Origin: Nannocystis bainbridge
GTDB lineage: Bacteria; Myxococcota_A; Polyangia; Nannocystales; Nannocystaceae
Assembly: GCF_028368995.1 (NCBI RefSeq)
Contig: NZ_JAQNDL010000002.1
Location: 1,408,001 to 1,472,000, forward strand
Length of the DNA: 64,000 nucleotides
Direction of reading: 5' to 3'
In this document: in pieces, positions 1-10,007 of the stretch
How the letters are laid out: the number at the start of each line of letters is the position of its first letter
Position numbering within the stretch: position 1 is the stretch's first letter
Made by a program: the position numbers and the translations under genes
Notes under the pieces: model-generated
What the model was told of the DNA's origin: nothing
Seen by the model: only the letters and a program-made list of their open reading frames with translations
Databases searched by the model: none

Positions 1-1
1 G

Positions 2-550
2 AGCGGGACCACGGCGCTGCCGGCGAGCGGGCCGATCGCGGTGCCGACCGGGACGTACGCGCCGCCGAGCCTCGGCGTGGGATCGTCTAGCTTTTTGGCC
101 ATGTGCCTCGAGACATGTCGCAAGGGACCGGTCCCGTTGAGCGCGACCGACCAGGCGACCTGCCGCCTGACCTGCGAGAACTCGGCGAGCGTGGTCGACG
201 TGGCGCTCGATGCGGTGCCGGCGGTGTGGTTCGCGGCCGCACCAGCGCCGACGGTGATGACGGCGCCGCGACCTTCCCCGGTGAAGGTGACGGCGACGCC
301 GACCGGGACGCCGAGCCCGCCGCGACCCGTGTCGATGGGGACGGCCGCGGCAGGCTCGTGCGAGGCGGCGCGCTCGACCTGCGAGGGGGCGTGCTCGAAG
401 GTGCAGGCGCAGTGCGAACGCGGGTGCGGCAAGCAGAAGGTCGAGACGGACCGCGAGACCTGCAAGCTCGACTGCGGCGAGAACCTCGGGCTGTGCTCGG
501 CCGACTGCACCGGGGCACACGCGAGCTGCGTGAACGGCCGGAGCCGCTGA
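2..550 (+). CDS. 5'-partial Cys-rich protein (CxxxC helical repeats, Pro/Thr linker)
   Basis: Frame is open from the window start to TGA at 548-550; repeated CxxxC motifs (CEGACSKVQAQCERGC...CKLDCGENLGLCSADC); GC3-biased codons. Confidence 0.7.
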   Translation, partial: SGTTALPASGPIAVPTGTYAPPSLGVGSSSFLAMCLETCRKGPVPLSATDQATCRLTCENSASVVDVALDAVPAVWFAAAPAPTVMTAPRPSPVKVTATPTGTPSPPRPVSMGTAAAGSCEAARSTCEGACSKVQAQCERGCGKQKVETDRETCKLDCGENLGLCSADCTGAHASCVNGRSR

Positions 551-572
551 GGGAGGCGGCGAGCGCTGTGCC

Positions 573-1556
573 TCAGCTGCGGGGGCTGGGGAGCGGGCGG
601 GCGGCGAGGTCGAGCAGGGCGAGGCGCAGGGTCTCGCCGACAGCACCGAGGCTGCGGGCGTCGAGCTTGTCGCGGGTGTCGGCGTGGGTGTGCCAGGCCG
701 GGTAGTCGTAGTCGATGAGCAGGATCGAGGGCACGCCGGCCTCGTCGAGCGGGACGTGGTCATCGAGCAGCGGCACGGCCAGCGGGGCGGCGTCGAAGGC
801 CGTGAAGCCGTGCGCCTGTCCGATCGACCAGATCCGGTCGATGAGGGCCGGGTGCTGGGCCAGGCTGGCGAGGTCGGGCTGGACCCGCAGATCGCGGTCG
901 CCGACCATGTCGAGGACGACGCCGAACTCCGCGCGAGCGACCTGGGGGAAGCGACCCTGGAGGACCTCCGTGGCCAGCGCGCGCGAGCCGGCGAGGTACG
1001 GGCCGACGTCGGGGCGGCCGAGCTCCTCGCCGTCGAACAGGATGACGGTGACGCCGACGTCGGGCGGGAGCTGGCGGACGAGCAGGGGCACGAGCTCGAG
1101 CACGACGGCGAGGCCGCTGGTGCCGTCGTTGGCGCCGACGATCGGCTGCTCGCGGCGCGCGGGATCGGGGTCGGACTCGGCCCACGGGCGGGTGTCGAAG
1201 TGGGTGGCGAGGATGAACCGGCGTGGCGCGTCGGGGCGCACGTGGCCGAGCAGCGTGGTCATGGCGAAGCTGACGCCGGTCTGTGGATCGGCGCCGCGAT
1301 GGTCGAGGCGATCGATCACCGTCGCGCCCGCCGTCTGCAGGTCCGCGGCGAGGGCCTCGATGGCTCCCGCGCGCCGCGCGTCGCCGAGAGCTCGCGGGTA
1401 GCGGTCGAGGAGGAGGTCGACGCGCGCGAGCGCGGCCGCGCCGGAGAACGGCTCGCCGGTGTCGCCGCTGGCGGCCAGGCCGGAGGCCGACGCGCCCGGA
1501 GGACGGCCGCAGGCCACGAGGAGGGCGGCGAGCGCGAGGACGCTGCGAGCGGGCAT
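573..1556 (-). CDS. M28 family peptidase / glutaminyl-cyclase-like lipoprotein
   Basis: Lipobox LLVAC; motifs HFDTRPWA, GANDGTSG, FDGEE, DMVGD, DDH, WHTHAD; ATG at 1556 preferred over the longer track ORF. Confidence 0.88.
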   Translation of the reverse strand: MPARSVLALAALLVACGRPPGASASGLAASGDTGEPFSGAAALARVDLLLDRYPRALGDARRAGAIEALAADLQTAGATVIDRLDHRGADPQTGVSFAMTTLLGHVRPDAPRRFILATHFDTRPWAESDPDPARREQPIVGANDGTSGLAVVLELVPLLVRQLPPDVGVTVILFDGEELGRPDVGPYLAGSRALATEVLQGRFPQVARAEFGVVLDMVGDRDLRVQPDLASLAQHPALIDRIWSIGQAHGFTAFDAAPLAVPLLDDHVPLDEAGVPSILLIDYDYPAWHTHADTRDKLDARSLGAVGETLRLALLDLAARPLPSPRS

Positions 1557-1672
1557 ACCTGGCCCCTGGCATGCCCTGCGGCGGCGGCGGGTGCAAGCGG
1601 AAAAAACGCCGGTGGTGCGGACGCTGGGCGGCTGCGCGGGGTGGACCGGGGGCCTCAGTGCACGATTCTGTC

Positions 1673-1807
1673 TCATTAGACATGTCGTAAAGGACATGTC
1701 TTGTGAGTCATCGTGTGCCAGGGGTCGAGCGGGCCCTCATGGACATGTCATGGACTCGGGCCTCGCGCCGAGAGACATGCCCTTCAGGACATGTCCCATG
1801 GTGCATG
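1673..1807. repeat. Intergenic 14-bp-period TGTCC-N4-GGACA array (two phased blocks)
   Basis: CATG cores at 1681 and 1695, then 1776, 1790 and 1804 (14-bp steps), plus one at 1744. Confidence 0.8.
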
Positions 1808-1864
1808 CGCTACGCATCACCCCTGAAACATTCCCCGGACGAGCCGCGAGGCCACGGCTCGCGC

Positions 1865-2998
1865 TCAGGGCAGGCGTTCGAGCAGCTCGAGCGTGCGCGC
1901 GGCCTCGCGGGCGACCGAAGTGCGGGGGTCGCGGATGAACGCGGTGACGGCGGGGATGTCGGGGCGGCGGCCGAATTCGGAGAGGTTGGCGAGGGCGCCG
2001 ACGAGGGCCGGGCGGGGCGACTCGGGGTCGGCGAGGCTGGCGAGGGCGCGTTCGCGGTAGTCGATGGGGCCGAACCCGGAGGCGAGCAGGATCCGCGCGT
2101 GGTGGCGGACCAGACCCATCGAATCGAAGGTCGCGCGGACGAGGCCCTCCCGATCGCCGGCGGCCGCGAAGCCGCGGACGCCGGCGACGCGGACGGCGGG
2201 GTTGCGGTCGGCGGCGAGCACCGGCGCCAGCTCCTGCAGCACGGTCGACGGGGTGACGGCGGGGTCGACGGCGAGCCGCGCGGCCCACAGCCGCAGCGGA
2301 GCGTCGCGGCGAGCGAGCGCGGCGGCGAGGATCTCCCGCAGCTCCGGCTGCCCGCGGTAGAGGTCGGCGAGGACGAGGCCGGCGGCGCGGACCAGCACGA
2401 GGTCGCGGTCGCGGAGGCTGTCCCAAAGGGCAGGTCTCGCGGCGAGGCTGCGGACCAGCTCGACTAGCGCCTTGCGTTGGCTGACGCCGGTGCGGACCCA
2501 GTCGCGCATGCGCTCGACGAGCGGCAGGCAGTGGACCACCAGCGCGGCGTGGCGGGCGGTCAGACGCGGCTGGAGGCCGGCCCAGGCGAGGCCGCCGATC
2601 GGGCCGACGTAGTCGTTGAGGCGGTTGATGAGGAACGCGGTGCTCTGGCGGTCGACGCGAGCGGCGAGGCGGCGCACGGCGGCCTCGCGCGCGTGGCCGT
2701 CGCGCACCAGGCTGGCGATGCCGAGCGCGCCGCTGGTGGTGCCGCAGCGCTCGAGGCGCTCGAGGTCGACGGGGCGGAGGTCGAGGAAGGCGAGGCCGAG
2801 GTCGCGGTGCAGGCCGGCGTCACGGAAGGCCCGGTCGAGCGCGGGCACGAGGGTGACCGAGCAGCTGGCGAGGATGGCTTCGATGTCGGCCGCGGCGGAC
2901 CGCACGGTCGCCGGGCGGCGGTGGACCAGGTCGACGGCGCGGAGCAAGATCCGGGCGACCGGGGTGCGGCGTCGGAGCTCGCGCAGGTTCGCGGTCAT
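1865..2998 (-). CDS. HEAT/ARM-like alpha-helical repeat hypothetical protein
   Basis: 377 aa, Ala/Arg/Leu-rich; repeated D-x-x-x-x-VR-x-x-A motifs (DRNPAVRVAG, DPRTSVAREA). Confidence 0.7.
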   Translation of the reverse strand: MTANLRELRRRTPVARILLRAVDLVHRRPATVRSAAADIEAILASCSVTLVPALDRAFRDAGLHRDLGLAFLDLRPVDLERLERCGTTSGALGIASLVRDGHAREAAVRRLAARVDRQSTAFLINRLNDYVGPIGGLAWAGLQPRLTARHAALVVHCLPLVERMRDWVRTGVSQRKALVELVRSLAARPALWDSLRDRDLVLVRAAGLVLADLYRGQPELREILAAALARRDAPLRLWAARLAVDPAVTPSTVLQELAPVLAADRNPAVRVAGVRGFAAAGDREGLVRATFDSMGLVRHHARILLASGFGPIDYRERALASLADPESPRPALVGALANLSEFGRRPDIPAVTAFIRDPRTSVAREAARTLELLERLP

Positions 2999-3081
2999 GC
3001 GGTCATGCTGCCTCGACCGCGGGGGCGAGCTCCAGCGCGGGGCGAGTGGCTGATGTCGCGCATGCGGTGTATGCCTCGGCC

Positions 3082-3540
3082 ATGAGAGCAGACGCAGATC
3101 CCAGGGCGAATCCGACGGTGTACACGCGGCGCGAGCTGCTCGGCGCGAGCGCGGGGGTGGTGAGCCTCGTGGTGATCGGCTGCGCGGGCAAGCTGCCGCC
3201 CGCGCACGAGGTCGCGCCCGCGGGCGGCGAGGTGACTATCGCGCTCGCGGACGCGCCCGAGCTGGCTCAGCCGGGCGGGGTGATGACGCTCGCGGTCGAC
3301 GGGGTGAAGAAGCCGGTGCTGGTGGTCCGCGACGGCGACAGCTACGAGGCGCTGCTGCTCAAGTGCACGCACATGGGCTGCACCCCCGGCTGGAACGCGG
3401 GCGAGCGCAGCCTCGACTGCCCGTGCCACGGCTCGCGCTTCGACGCCCACGGCGCGGTGCTGAAGGGGCCGGCCAAGGCGCCGCTCGAGAAGTACGCGGT
3501 GACCTCGGACGGGTCGACGCTGCGCTTCCGCGTCGGCTAG
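3082..3540 (+). CDS. Rieske [2Fe-2S] protein with probable Tat/lipoprotein signal
   Basis: CTHMGC and CPCHGSRF motifs; TRRELL twin-arginine motif followed by VVIGC. Confidence 0.92.
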   Translation: MRADADPRANPTVYTRRELLGASAGVVSLVVIGCAGKLPPAHEVAPAGGEVTIALADAPELAQPGGVMTLAVDGVKKPVLVVRDGDSYEALLLKCTHMGCTPGWNAGERSLDCPCHGSRFDAHGAVLKGPAKAPLEKYAVTSDGSTLRFRVG

Positions 3541-3552
3541 GCGGGCCAGAGA

Positions 3553-3775
3553 TGCGCGTGTCTCGAGGGACATGTGCGAAGGACCCTGTCCTTCTCTCCA
3601 TGGCCCAACGGACATGCTCCAAGGAGCATGTCCGAAGAAGCTCATGGCCCTACGGACATGCCCTGAAAGACATGCGCGAATGTACATAGCCTAACGAACA
3701 TGTGGCGAAGGCCATGCCCGAAGGAGCATGGCCCTCGCCACATGGCCTTGAAGACCTGCGCCTTCAGACAGGCGG
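3553..3775. repeat. Longest 14-bp-period palindromic array (about 16 cores) between convergent genes
   Basis: Cores (CATG or 1-mismatch variants) at 3557, 3571, 3585, 3599, 3613, 3627, then 3643, 3657, 3671, 3685, 3699, 3713, 3727, 3741, 3755, 3769; a single 16-bp step. Confidence 0.92.
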
Positions 3776-3792
3776 CCGGCCGCGGGGCGGGC

Positions 3793-5904
3793 TCACCAGA
3801 GCTCGCAGGCGTCCTTGGCGCGCATGGCGGCGCCGGGCTGGCACTGGAACGTCTCCGAGAAGGCGGGGAAGTGGGCCAGGGGGACGTTGACGCGCTGCTT
3901 GGGGGGGCTGTGCGGGTCGACGGTGGCGCGCAGGCGCTGGCTCTCGGGGGTCTCGTGGGTGCACCAGCCCTGGGCGAAGCCGATGAAGAACAGCTGCTCG
4001 GAGGTGAGGCCCTGGATCAGCGGCTCTTCCGGCTTCTTGCTGGCGTGCAGCTTGTAGCCGGCGTACGCGGCCTTGATCCCGCCGAAGTCGGCGATGTTCT
4101 CGCCGAGGGTCAGCTTGCCGTTGAGCTTGACCGCGGGCAGCACCTCGATGCCGCCGTAGGTCGTCTCGATGCACTTGGCGCGGGTCTCGAACTTGGCGGC
4201 GACGCCCGGGTCCCACCACTCGCGGAGGACGCCGTCCTTGTCGAACTTGCGGCCCTGGTCGTCGAAGCCGTGGCTGAGCTCGTGGCCCATGACCATGCCG
4301 ATGCCGCCGAAGTTCATCGCCATCGGGAACTCGGCGCTGAAGTACGGCGGCTGGAGGATGCCGGCCGGGAACACCATCTCGTTGGCGCTCGGGTTGTAGT
4401 AGGCGTTGACCAGCGCGGGCGGCATGTGCCACTCGCCCTTGTCGACCGGCTTGCCGACGCGGTCGAAGTCCCGCTGCAGCAGGAACTTGCGGATCGCCTG
4501 GCCGTTGCCGGCGTGGGTGCGCTGCAGCTTGAGCTTGCCGTAGTCGCGCCAGGCGTCGGGGTAGCCGATCTTGTTGTGCAGCGCCTGGGCCTTCTCGATC
4601 GCGCGCGTGCGGGTGGCGTCGTCCATCCACGCCAGCGCGGGCAGGCCGGCGGCGAACGCCTCCTCGATGGCGGCGATCATCTCGAGGGCGATGTCCTTGC
4701 TGGCGCCGGCGAACCGCTCCTTGACGAAGGCCTGACCGACGAGCTCGCCGAGGCCCATGTTGGCCCAGCCGACGCACCGCTCCCACCGCGGCGACAGCTC
4801 CTTGGCGCCGGTCAGCGCCGAGGTGAACTGGAAGTCGGCGGCGACGATGTCCTTGCTGAGGGCGGCCGCGCTGACGCGGAGGATGTGCCAGCGCAGGTAG
4901 GCCTGCAGGGTGGCGGGGTCGGTGCCGCGCAGCAGGGCGCCGAGCTTCTCGAAGTAGCCGGGCACGGTGACGTTGAGGTCGGTGCCGAGCTTGGCGTAGC
5001 CGAACGACTTGAAGAAGCCGGCCCAGTTGAGCTCGGGGTCGAGCTTGGCCAGACCCTCGACGCCGAGCAGGTTGTAGGTCTTGTCGGGGTCGCGCATCTG
5101 ATCGCGCGGGGTCTGCAGCTCGGCCAGCGCGGTCTCGAAGCCGACGATCTTGGCGGCGAGGTCGGCGGCGACCTCGGGGGCGTCGCCGAGGAAGCCGAGC
5201 ATGCGCCCGACGTGGGCCTGGTAGGCGGCGAGCAGCGACTTCGAGCGCTCGTCGGTCTTGAGGTAGAAATCGCGGTCGGGCAGGCCGGTGCCGCCCTGAT
5301 CGACGAAGGCGACGTAGACCTCGGGGCGCTTGGGATCGGGCTCGACGAACAGGTCGAACAGCGGGCCGTGACCGCCGAACAGGTCGAGGTCGAGGCCGCC
5401 GACGACGGTCATCATGGTGTTGGCGTCCTTGACGGTCTTGACGCGCGCGAGCAGGGGCTTGAGCGGGGCGATGCCGGCCTTGTCGATCGCGGGCTCGTCC
5501 ATGCAGGCGGCGTAGAAGGAGCCGAGCTTGGTCTCGATCGGGTCCTTGGACTTGCCGGCGGCGGAGCGCTCGAGGATCGCGCGCAGGACCTCGTTGTTGC
5601 GGTCGGTGACCTCGCCGAAGCCGCGGCCGTAGCGGGGCTTGTCGGCCGGCGGGGGGGTCTTCCGCAGCCAGCCGCCGCAGGCGTACTGGTAGAAGTCGGT
5701 GCAGGGGTCGACGTTGGTGTCGAGCGCCGCGAGCACGCCGGCGCCGACCGGCTCGCGGGCGACGAGGTTGGCCCGCTGCACCGGAGAGGGCGCCGGCGTG
5801 GCGGCGGTCTCGGGCTGGGCCGCGGGCGGCTGCGTTGAGGCAGGTTTTTCGCAGGCGAGGGCGAGCAGGGCCAGGGCGCAGTACGCGGGCGTCAGGCGTG
5901 ACAT
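3793..5904 (-). CDS. M13 family metallopeptidase (PepO/neprilysin-like) lipoprotein
   Basis: Lipobox LALAC; DPCTDFYQYACGGW, VNAYY, HELSHGFD, GENIAD motifs. Confidence 0.95.
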   Translation of the reverse strand: MSRLTPAYCALALLALACEKPASTQPPAAQPETAATPAPSPVQRANLVAREPVGAGVLAALDTNVDPCTDFYQYACGGWLRKTPPPADKPRYGRGFGEVTDRNNEVLRAILERSAAGKSKDPIETKLGSFYAACMDEPAIDKAGIAPLKPLLARVKTVKDANTMMTVVGGLDLDLFGGHGPLFDLFVEPDPKRPEVYVAFVDQGGTGLPDRDFYLKTDERSKSLLAAYQAHVGRMLGFLGDAPEVAADLAAKIVGFETALAELQTPRDQMRDPDKTYNLLGVEGLAKLDPELNWAGFFKSFGYAKLGTDLNVTVPGYFEKLGALLRGTDPATLQAYLRWHILRVSAAALSKDIVAADFQFTSALTGAKELSPRWERCVGWANMGLGELVGQAFVKERFAGASKDIALEMIAAIEEAFAAGLPALAWMDDATRTRAIEKAQALHNKIGYPDAWRDYGKLKLQRTHAGNGQAIRKFLLQRDFDRVGKPVDKGEWHMPPALVNAYYNPSANEMVFPAGILQPPYFSAEFPMAMNFGGIGMVMGHELSHGFDDQGRKFDKDGVLREWWDPGVAAKFETRAKCIETTYGGIEVLPAVKLNGKLTLGENIADFGGIKAAYAGYKLHASKKPEEPLIQGLTSEQLFFIGFAQGWCTHETPESQRLRATVDPHSPPKQRVNVPLAHFPAFSETFQCQPGAAMRAKDACELW

Positions 5905-6125
5905 CGGGCGGGACGATGCCACAGCGCGCTCAGGCGCCGCGGGTTTCACGAAGTTAGACAACTCACCGCGGCGGCCGCGGCCGCTGGGGCCGGGCGACAC
6001 CGGCGGCGGCGCTCGGCCGCGATCGAGCACAAAAGGACAGCGCGGGTCCCTCGGCGCGCAGAGGCTGGCGAACGACATGGGACGGGCGCGGCGCCGGACG
6101 CAAACGGGAGGCAACGGGGGCGTGC

Positions 6126-6275
6126 TGGACCTGCCGCCGAGGGCAAGTCCATTCGCGCATGTCGTGATGGACATGGTCTTTTGGACATGTCAATAGGGAC
6201 ATGTCTGTTCGGCCATGTCCTCAGGGACATGGCGTTACGGACAGGTCAGACACGCCTGACCTTCGGGACAGGTCA
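6126..6275. repeat. Intergenic 14-bp-period palindromic array (about 11 cores)
   Basis: Cores at 6130, 6144, 6158, 6172, 6186, 6200, 6214, 6228, 6242, 6256, 6269. Confidence 0.9.
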
Positions 6276-7574
6276 GCCGGCCCAGCCGTCCTCGACCAGG
6301 CCGGCGACGATGGCCCGCGCGCGGTGGCCCCAGATCGGGTGCGGCTCGGTGGCGAGGGCGTCGGCGAGGCGGTTGGCGGCGGCGGCGGAGGTGATGTTCT
6401 CGCGCTCGGCCAGCTCGAGCGCGCGGCGGGTGACGACGTAGACGGCGTTGTCCCAGTCGCGTCCGTAGTGGCGCTCGATGGCGGCGTCGTGCGGGACCGA
6501 GCCGTACTGCTCGTTGGCGCAGTAGACGATGCCCATGCGGTTGCACAGGAAATCGGGCACGTAGACGATGTCGCGCGCGCGCAGGGCCTCGCCGTCGCGC
6601 ACGTCGTCGAGGAGCTGGTTGTTGGCGGCGCCGCAGACGATGCGGGCCTGGATGGTCGGGATGGTGTCGGGGTTGAGCACGCCGCCGAGAGCGTTGGGCG
6701 CGAGGATGTCGCACGGCTCGGCGAGGATCCGGTTGTCGCCCGGCTCGGCCGCGACGACGGTGAGCGGGCTGCCGGCGAAGTCGCGCTCGAGCTGCTCGCG
6801 CCGCGCGGGCGAGAGCTCGCTGGCGAGGATCGAGCCGACGCCGCGCTGGAAGAGCTCGCCGATCATGGCGGCGCCGACGTTGCCGGTGCCCTGCATGACG
6901 ATCTTCCGGCCGGCGAGGGGGCCGAGGCCGAGGTGGGCGAGGGCGCCCTCCATCGCGCAGACGACCCCCTTGGCGGTCGCGGGCGAGGGGTTGCCGGCGC
7001 CGCCGACGGCCGGCGGGGTGCAAGTGACGAAGCGGGTGCCGCGGTGGACGATGGCCATGTCGGCAGGCCCGGTGCCGGCGTCCTCGGCGGTGATGTAGCA
7101 GCCGCGCAGGCTGGCGACGAAGCCGGCGTACTCGGTGTAGACGCGCTCGCGGAAGCCGACGTCCTGGTACGGATGGTCGACGTGGCGGGCGATGAGGCCC
7201 TTGCCGCCGCCCCACCACAGACCGGCGAGGGCGCTCTTGCGGGTCATGCCATGCGACAGGCGCAGGCCGTCGCTGAGGAAGCCGGCGAGGTCGCGGTACG
7301 GCCAGTAACGCAGGCCGCCCTGGCCCTGGCCGCGGGTGGTGTTGTGGACAAAGGCGCCGAACAAGGCGCCAGTGGTGGCGCCGACCTCGAGGAAGACGCC
7401 CTCGTGACGGTGGTAGTCGCGGGTGTCGCCGAGGAGGTGGCTCGCGATCTCGGCCAGCTCGGGGTGCGAGCCGCGGACGACGCCGTTCTCGTGGACGAAG
7501 TAGGCGCGGCGAAGGCCTAACGAGGTGAGGTGCGCGGCGAATGCTTCGGGGCTGAGGTCGACGAGGCGCGTCAT
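6273..7574 (-). CDS. Glu/Leu/Phe/Val dehydrogenase
   Basis: GGLR, GMTRK, GGGKG, ITAEDAGT, QGTGNVG, GAANNQL motifs. Confidence 0.93.
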   Translation of the reverse strand: MTRLVDLSPEAFAAHLTSLGLRRAYFVHENGVVRGSHPELAEIASHLLGDTRDYHRHEGVFLEVGATTGALFGAFVHNTTRGQGQGGLRYWPYRDLAGFLSDGLRLSHGMTRKSALAGLWWGGGKGLIARHVDHPYQDVGFRERVYTEYAGFVASLRGCYITAEDAGTGPADMAIVHRGTRFVTCTPPAVGGAGNPSPATAKGVVCAMEGALAHLGLGPLAGRKIVMQGTGNVGAAMIGELFQRGVGSILASELSPARREQLERDFAGSPLTVVAAEPGDNRILAEPCDILAPNALGGVLNPDTIPTIQARIVCGAANNQLLDDVRDGEALRARDIVYVPDFLCNRMGIVYCANEQYGSVPHDAAIERHYGRDWDNAVYVVTRRALELAERENITSAAAANRLADALATEPHPIWGHRARAIVAGLVEDGWAG

Positions 7575-7790
7575 GTCTGCGTCGACTTTAGCCGCCGCGT
7601 CGCAGGCGGCGAGGGCCGCGGGGCCGTGAGGGCTCGCACCGACGCCAGGCGCGCGCCTGCGCCAGGTGAAGACGGGGCACGTCGAAGTGAGGGTCGCCGC
7701 CGCGAAAACGCGGTGGCGGGTGCCTGCAGACCAGGGGGCCGGACGGCGAGGGACGGGCGCGGGGAGGGCGATGCGCGAAGCGCTGCGCGG

Positions 7791-8999
7791 TCAGCCGGCG
7801 GCGCGCGGGGCGAGGCCGATGAGGCTCAGGCCCTTGACGCCGGTGTCCTTGTTGAGGGTGCCGTCGAGTTCGGCGAAGCGCAGCATCGGGTTGCGCGAGC
7901 GGTTCTTGCGGTCGCCGAGGCGGGCGCGGTAGTCGGTCAGCGGCTGGATCTGGTAGGCCCACAGCTGATCGGCGTGGATCCACTTCTTGCTGTAGATCGT
8001 GCGCAGGACCAGCGACTGCTCGTCGCCGATCAGCGCCTCGACGTTGGCGACGAACTGCCGGTTGTAATCGAAGTACTCCTCGGCGTTGCTGAAGTAGACG
8101 AGCCGCACCGGCAGACCGAACTGCTTGGCGGCGGCGCCGACCGACTGCAGCGAGTTGGGGCCGGTGAGGTCGCCGGCCATCATGCGCACGCGATCGGCGA
8201 GGAACATGCCGCGGATGTACTGATACATCTCGGGGTTCGACATCCACGAGGTCGGCTGCTCGCCCTGGTGGCGCCGGTAGACGCGCTCGAGGTGGACGTA
8301 GACGGTCTCGCGCGCGGCCCGGTAGAGCCGGACGATGCGCTTGCGGTCGGCCTCGGGCAGGTCGGCGTAGGTGGTCTCGAGGATCTTGACGCTGTCGTCG
8401 ACGGCGCCGGCGGACCAGCGATCGAACAAGATCTTGGCATCGGGCGAGGCCTCGATGAGGGCCTCGTAACAGCGGTGGAGGTCGACGACGCTCTGATCGA
8501 TGTCGAGCAGGAACATCAGCTCGCTGCCGGCCGCGGCCGCGAGGGTGTAGTTCTGATCGGAGCCGACGCCGACGTAGACGCCGCCCTTGCCGGCGACGTA
8601 CGGGAAGAACACGTCGTGGCGGACCTCGTTGCTCTTCATGTAGTGGATCGGCGTGGCGATGAGGCTGTCCTCGGGGCCAGCCAACATCGCCGCCCGCTGA
8701 TCGGCGGTCAGCGGGGCGGTGCCACCAGCGCCCGCAGGCGCGCCGGGCGGGGGATCCGCCGCAGGTGCGGCGGGCTCCGGCGCGGGCGTGCGCGGCGGCG
8801 GTGCGGGCGTCGGCTCGGGCGCGGGGCTGGTGCCGGCCGACAACGATTGATGGGCGCTGGCCGACGGCGCCGCTTCGGTCGGGGGGCGGCCGCCGCACGC
8901 GATCGTGAGCACGAGGCCGAGGCCGCACGCGAACGGGGTCCAGCGCTGAAATCCGCGGGAGAGGCGAGGCAAACTGCGTGGGCGCGGCGGGACCGGCAT
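7791..8999 (-). CDS. Hypothetical lipoprotein with Pro-rich linker and a possible methyltransferase-like domain
   Basis: LTIAC lipobox; KSNE...GGVYVGVGSDQNYTL...LDID...YFSNAEEY; start uncertain (8999 or 9029). Confidence 0.7.
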   Translation of the reverse strand: MPVPPRPRSLPRLSRGFQRWTPFACGLGLVLTIACGGRPPTEAAPSASAHQSLSAGTSPAPEPTPAPPPRTPAPEPAAPAADPPPGAPAGAGGTAPLTADQRAAMLAGPEDSLIATPIHYMKSNEVRHDVFFPYVAGKGGVYVGVGSDQNYTLAAAAGSELMFLLDIDQSVVDLHRCYEALIEASPDAKILFDRWSAGAVDDSVKILETTYADLPEADRKRIVRLYRAARETVYVHLERVYRRHQGEQPTSWMSNPEMYQYIRGMFLADRVRMMAGDLTGPNSLQSVGAAAKQFGLPVRLVYFSNAEEYFDYNRQFVANVEALIGDEQSLVLRTIYSKKWIHADQLWAYQIQPLTDYRARLGDRKNRSRNPMLRFAELDGTLNKDTGVKGLSLIGLAPRAAG

Positions 9000-9243
9000 C
9001 GGCGAGAGCCTATGCCACAAGCCCGGCATGATTGGGAGATTGGTGCTTGTCAGGTCGGGGCGGAAGGAATACACATGCGGGCGCGCAGGTAGGTCCTGCG
9101 CCGCCGCACGTGCCGCGGATCCGCGGATTGTCCCGGGTCCACACGTGGAGCCACCGCGGAGCACCGCGGAGCCCGCTCTGCAGACCGGCCGTCGCGTGCG
9201 ACCCGAGCGGCCGCGCGCGGCCGCCCCCGCGAGAGCAGCACGC

Positions 9244-10005
9244 ATGACCACGCACGAATCGAACTCCAGTCGCAGCGTGACCATCCGCGCCGAGAACCTG
9301 TCGAAGATCTACGGCGACTTCGCGGCCCTGCACAGCGTCACCTTCGAGGTACGCAAGGGCACCGTCGCCGCGTTCCTCGGCCCGAACGGCGCCGGCAAGT
9401 CGACGACGATGAAGATCCTGACGGGTTACCTCGCGCCGTCGTCCGGCAGCGCGAGGGTCCTCGGCTTCGATCCCACGCACCCCGACCAGCGCATCGAGAT
9501 GGCGCGGCGGCTCGGCTACCTGCCCGAGAACGGCCCGCTCTACGGCGACATGACGCCGCGCGAGACGCTCGAGTTCGTCGGCCGGGTCCGCGGGCTCGGC
9601 GGCGGCCTCAAGTCGGCGATCGAGCGCGTGACCGGGCAGTGTGCCATCCGCGAGGTGTTCGACAAGCCGGTCGGCAAGCTGTCGAAGGGCTTCCGTCAGC
9701 GCGTCGGCATGGCCCAGGCGCTGCTGCACGACCCCGAGGTGCTGATCCTCGACGAGCCGACCAGCGGCCTCGATCCGCTGCAGATCCGCGATGTCCGCGA
9801 GCTCATCCGCGAGCTCGGGCGGACCAAGACGATCCTGCTGTCGACGCACATCCTGCAAGAGGTCGAGGCGGTGGCCAGCGAGGTCATCGTGGTCGGCGAG
9901 GGCCGGCTGGTGTTCTCCGGCACGGTCGACGAGCTGCGGGCTGGTGGCACCGTCGAGGAGCGCTTCTACGCGCTGATGGACAAGCGGCGCAAGGAGGCCG
10001 CGTAG
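9244..10005 (+). CDS. ABC transporter ATP-binding protein (GldA-like)
   Basis: Walker A GPNGAGKST, signature LSKGFRQR, Walker B LILDEP. Confidence 0.95.
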   Translation: MTTHESNSSRSVTIRAENLSKIYGDFAALHSVTFEVRKGTVAAFLGPNGAGKSTTMKILTGYLAPSSGSARVLGFDPTHPDQRIEMARRLGYLPENGPLYGDMTPRETLEFVGRVRGLGGGLKSAIERVTGQCAIREVFDKPVGKLSKGFRQRVGMAQALLHDPEVLILDEPTSGLDPLQIRDVRELIRELGRTKTILLSTHILQEVEAVASEVIVVGEGRLVFSGTVDELRAGGTVEERFYALMDKRRKEAA

Positions 10006-10007
10006 TC

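Noticed and set aside
3553-3775. 14-bp arrays as CRISPR arrays or iterons
   Set aside because: Units are too short and degenerate, have no unique spacers, and there is no cas or rep gene in the window
3700-5838. Long antisense or off-frame ORFs in the track (e.g. 3700-5838, 43118-45160, 47262-49403, 49731-52268)
   Set aside because: Shadow ORFs expected at high GC; they overlap genes with clear motifs and translate to Arg/Gly/Ala-rich or motif-free sequence
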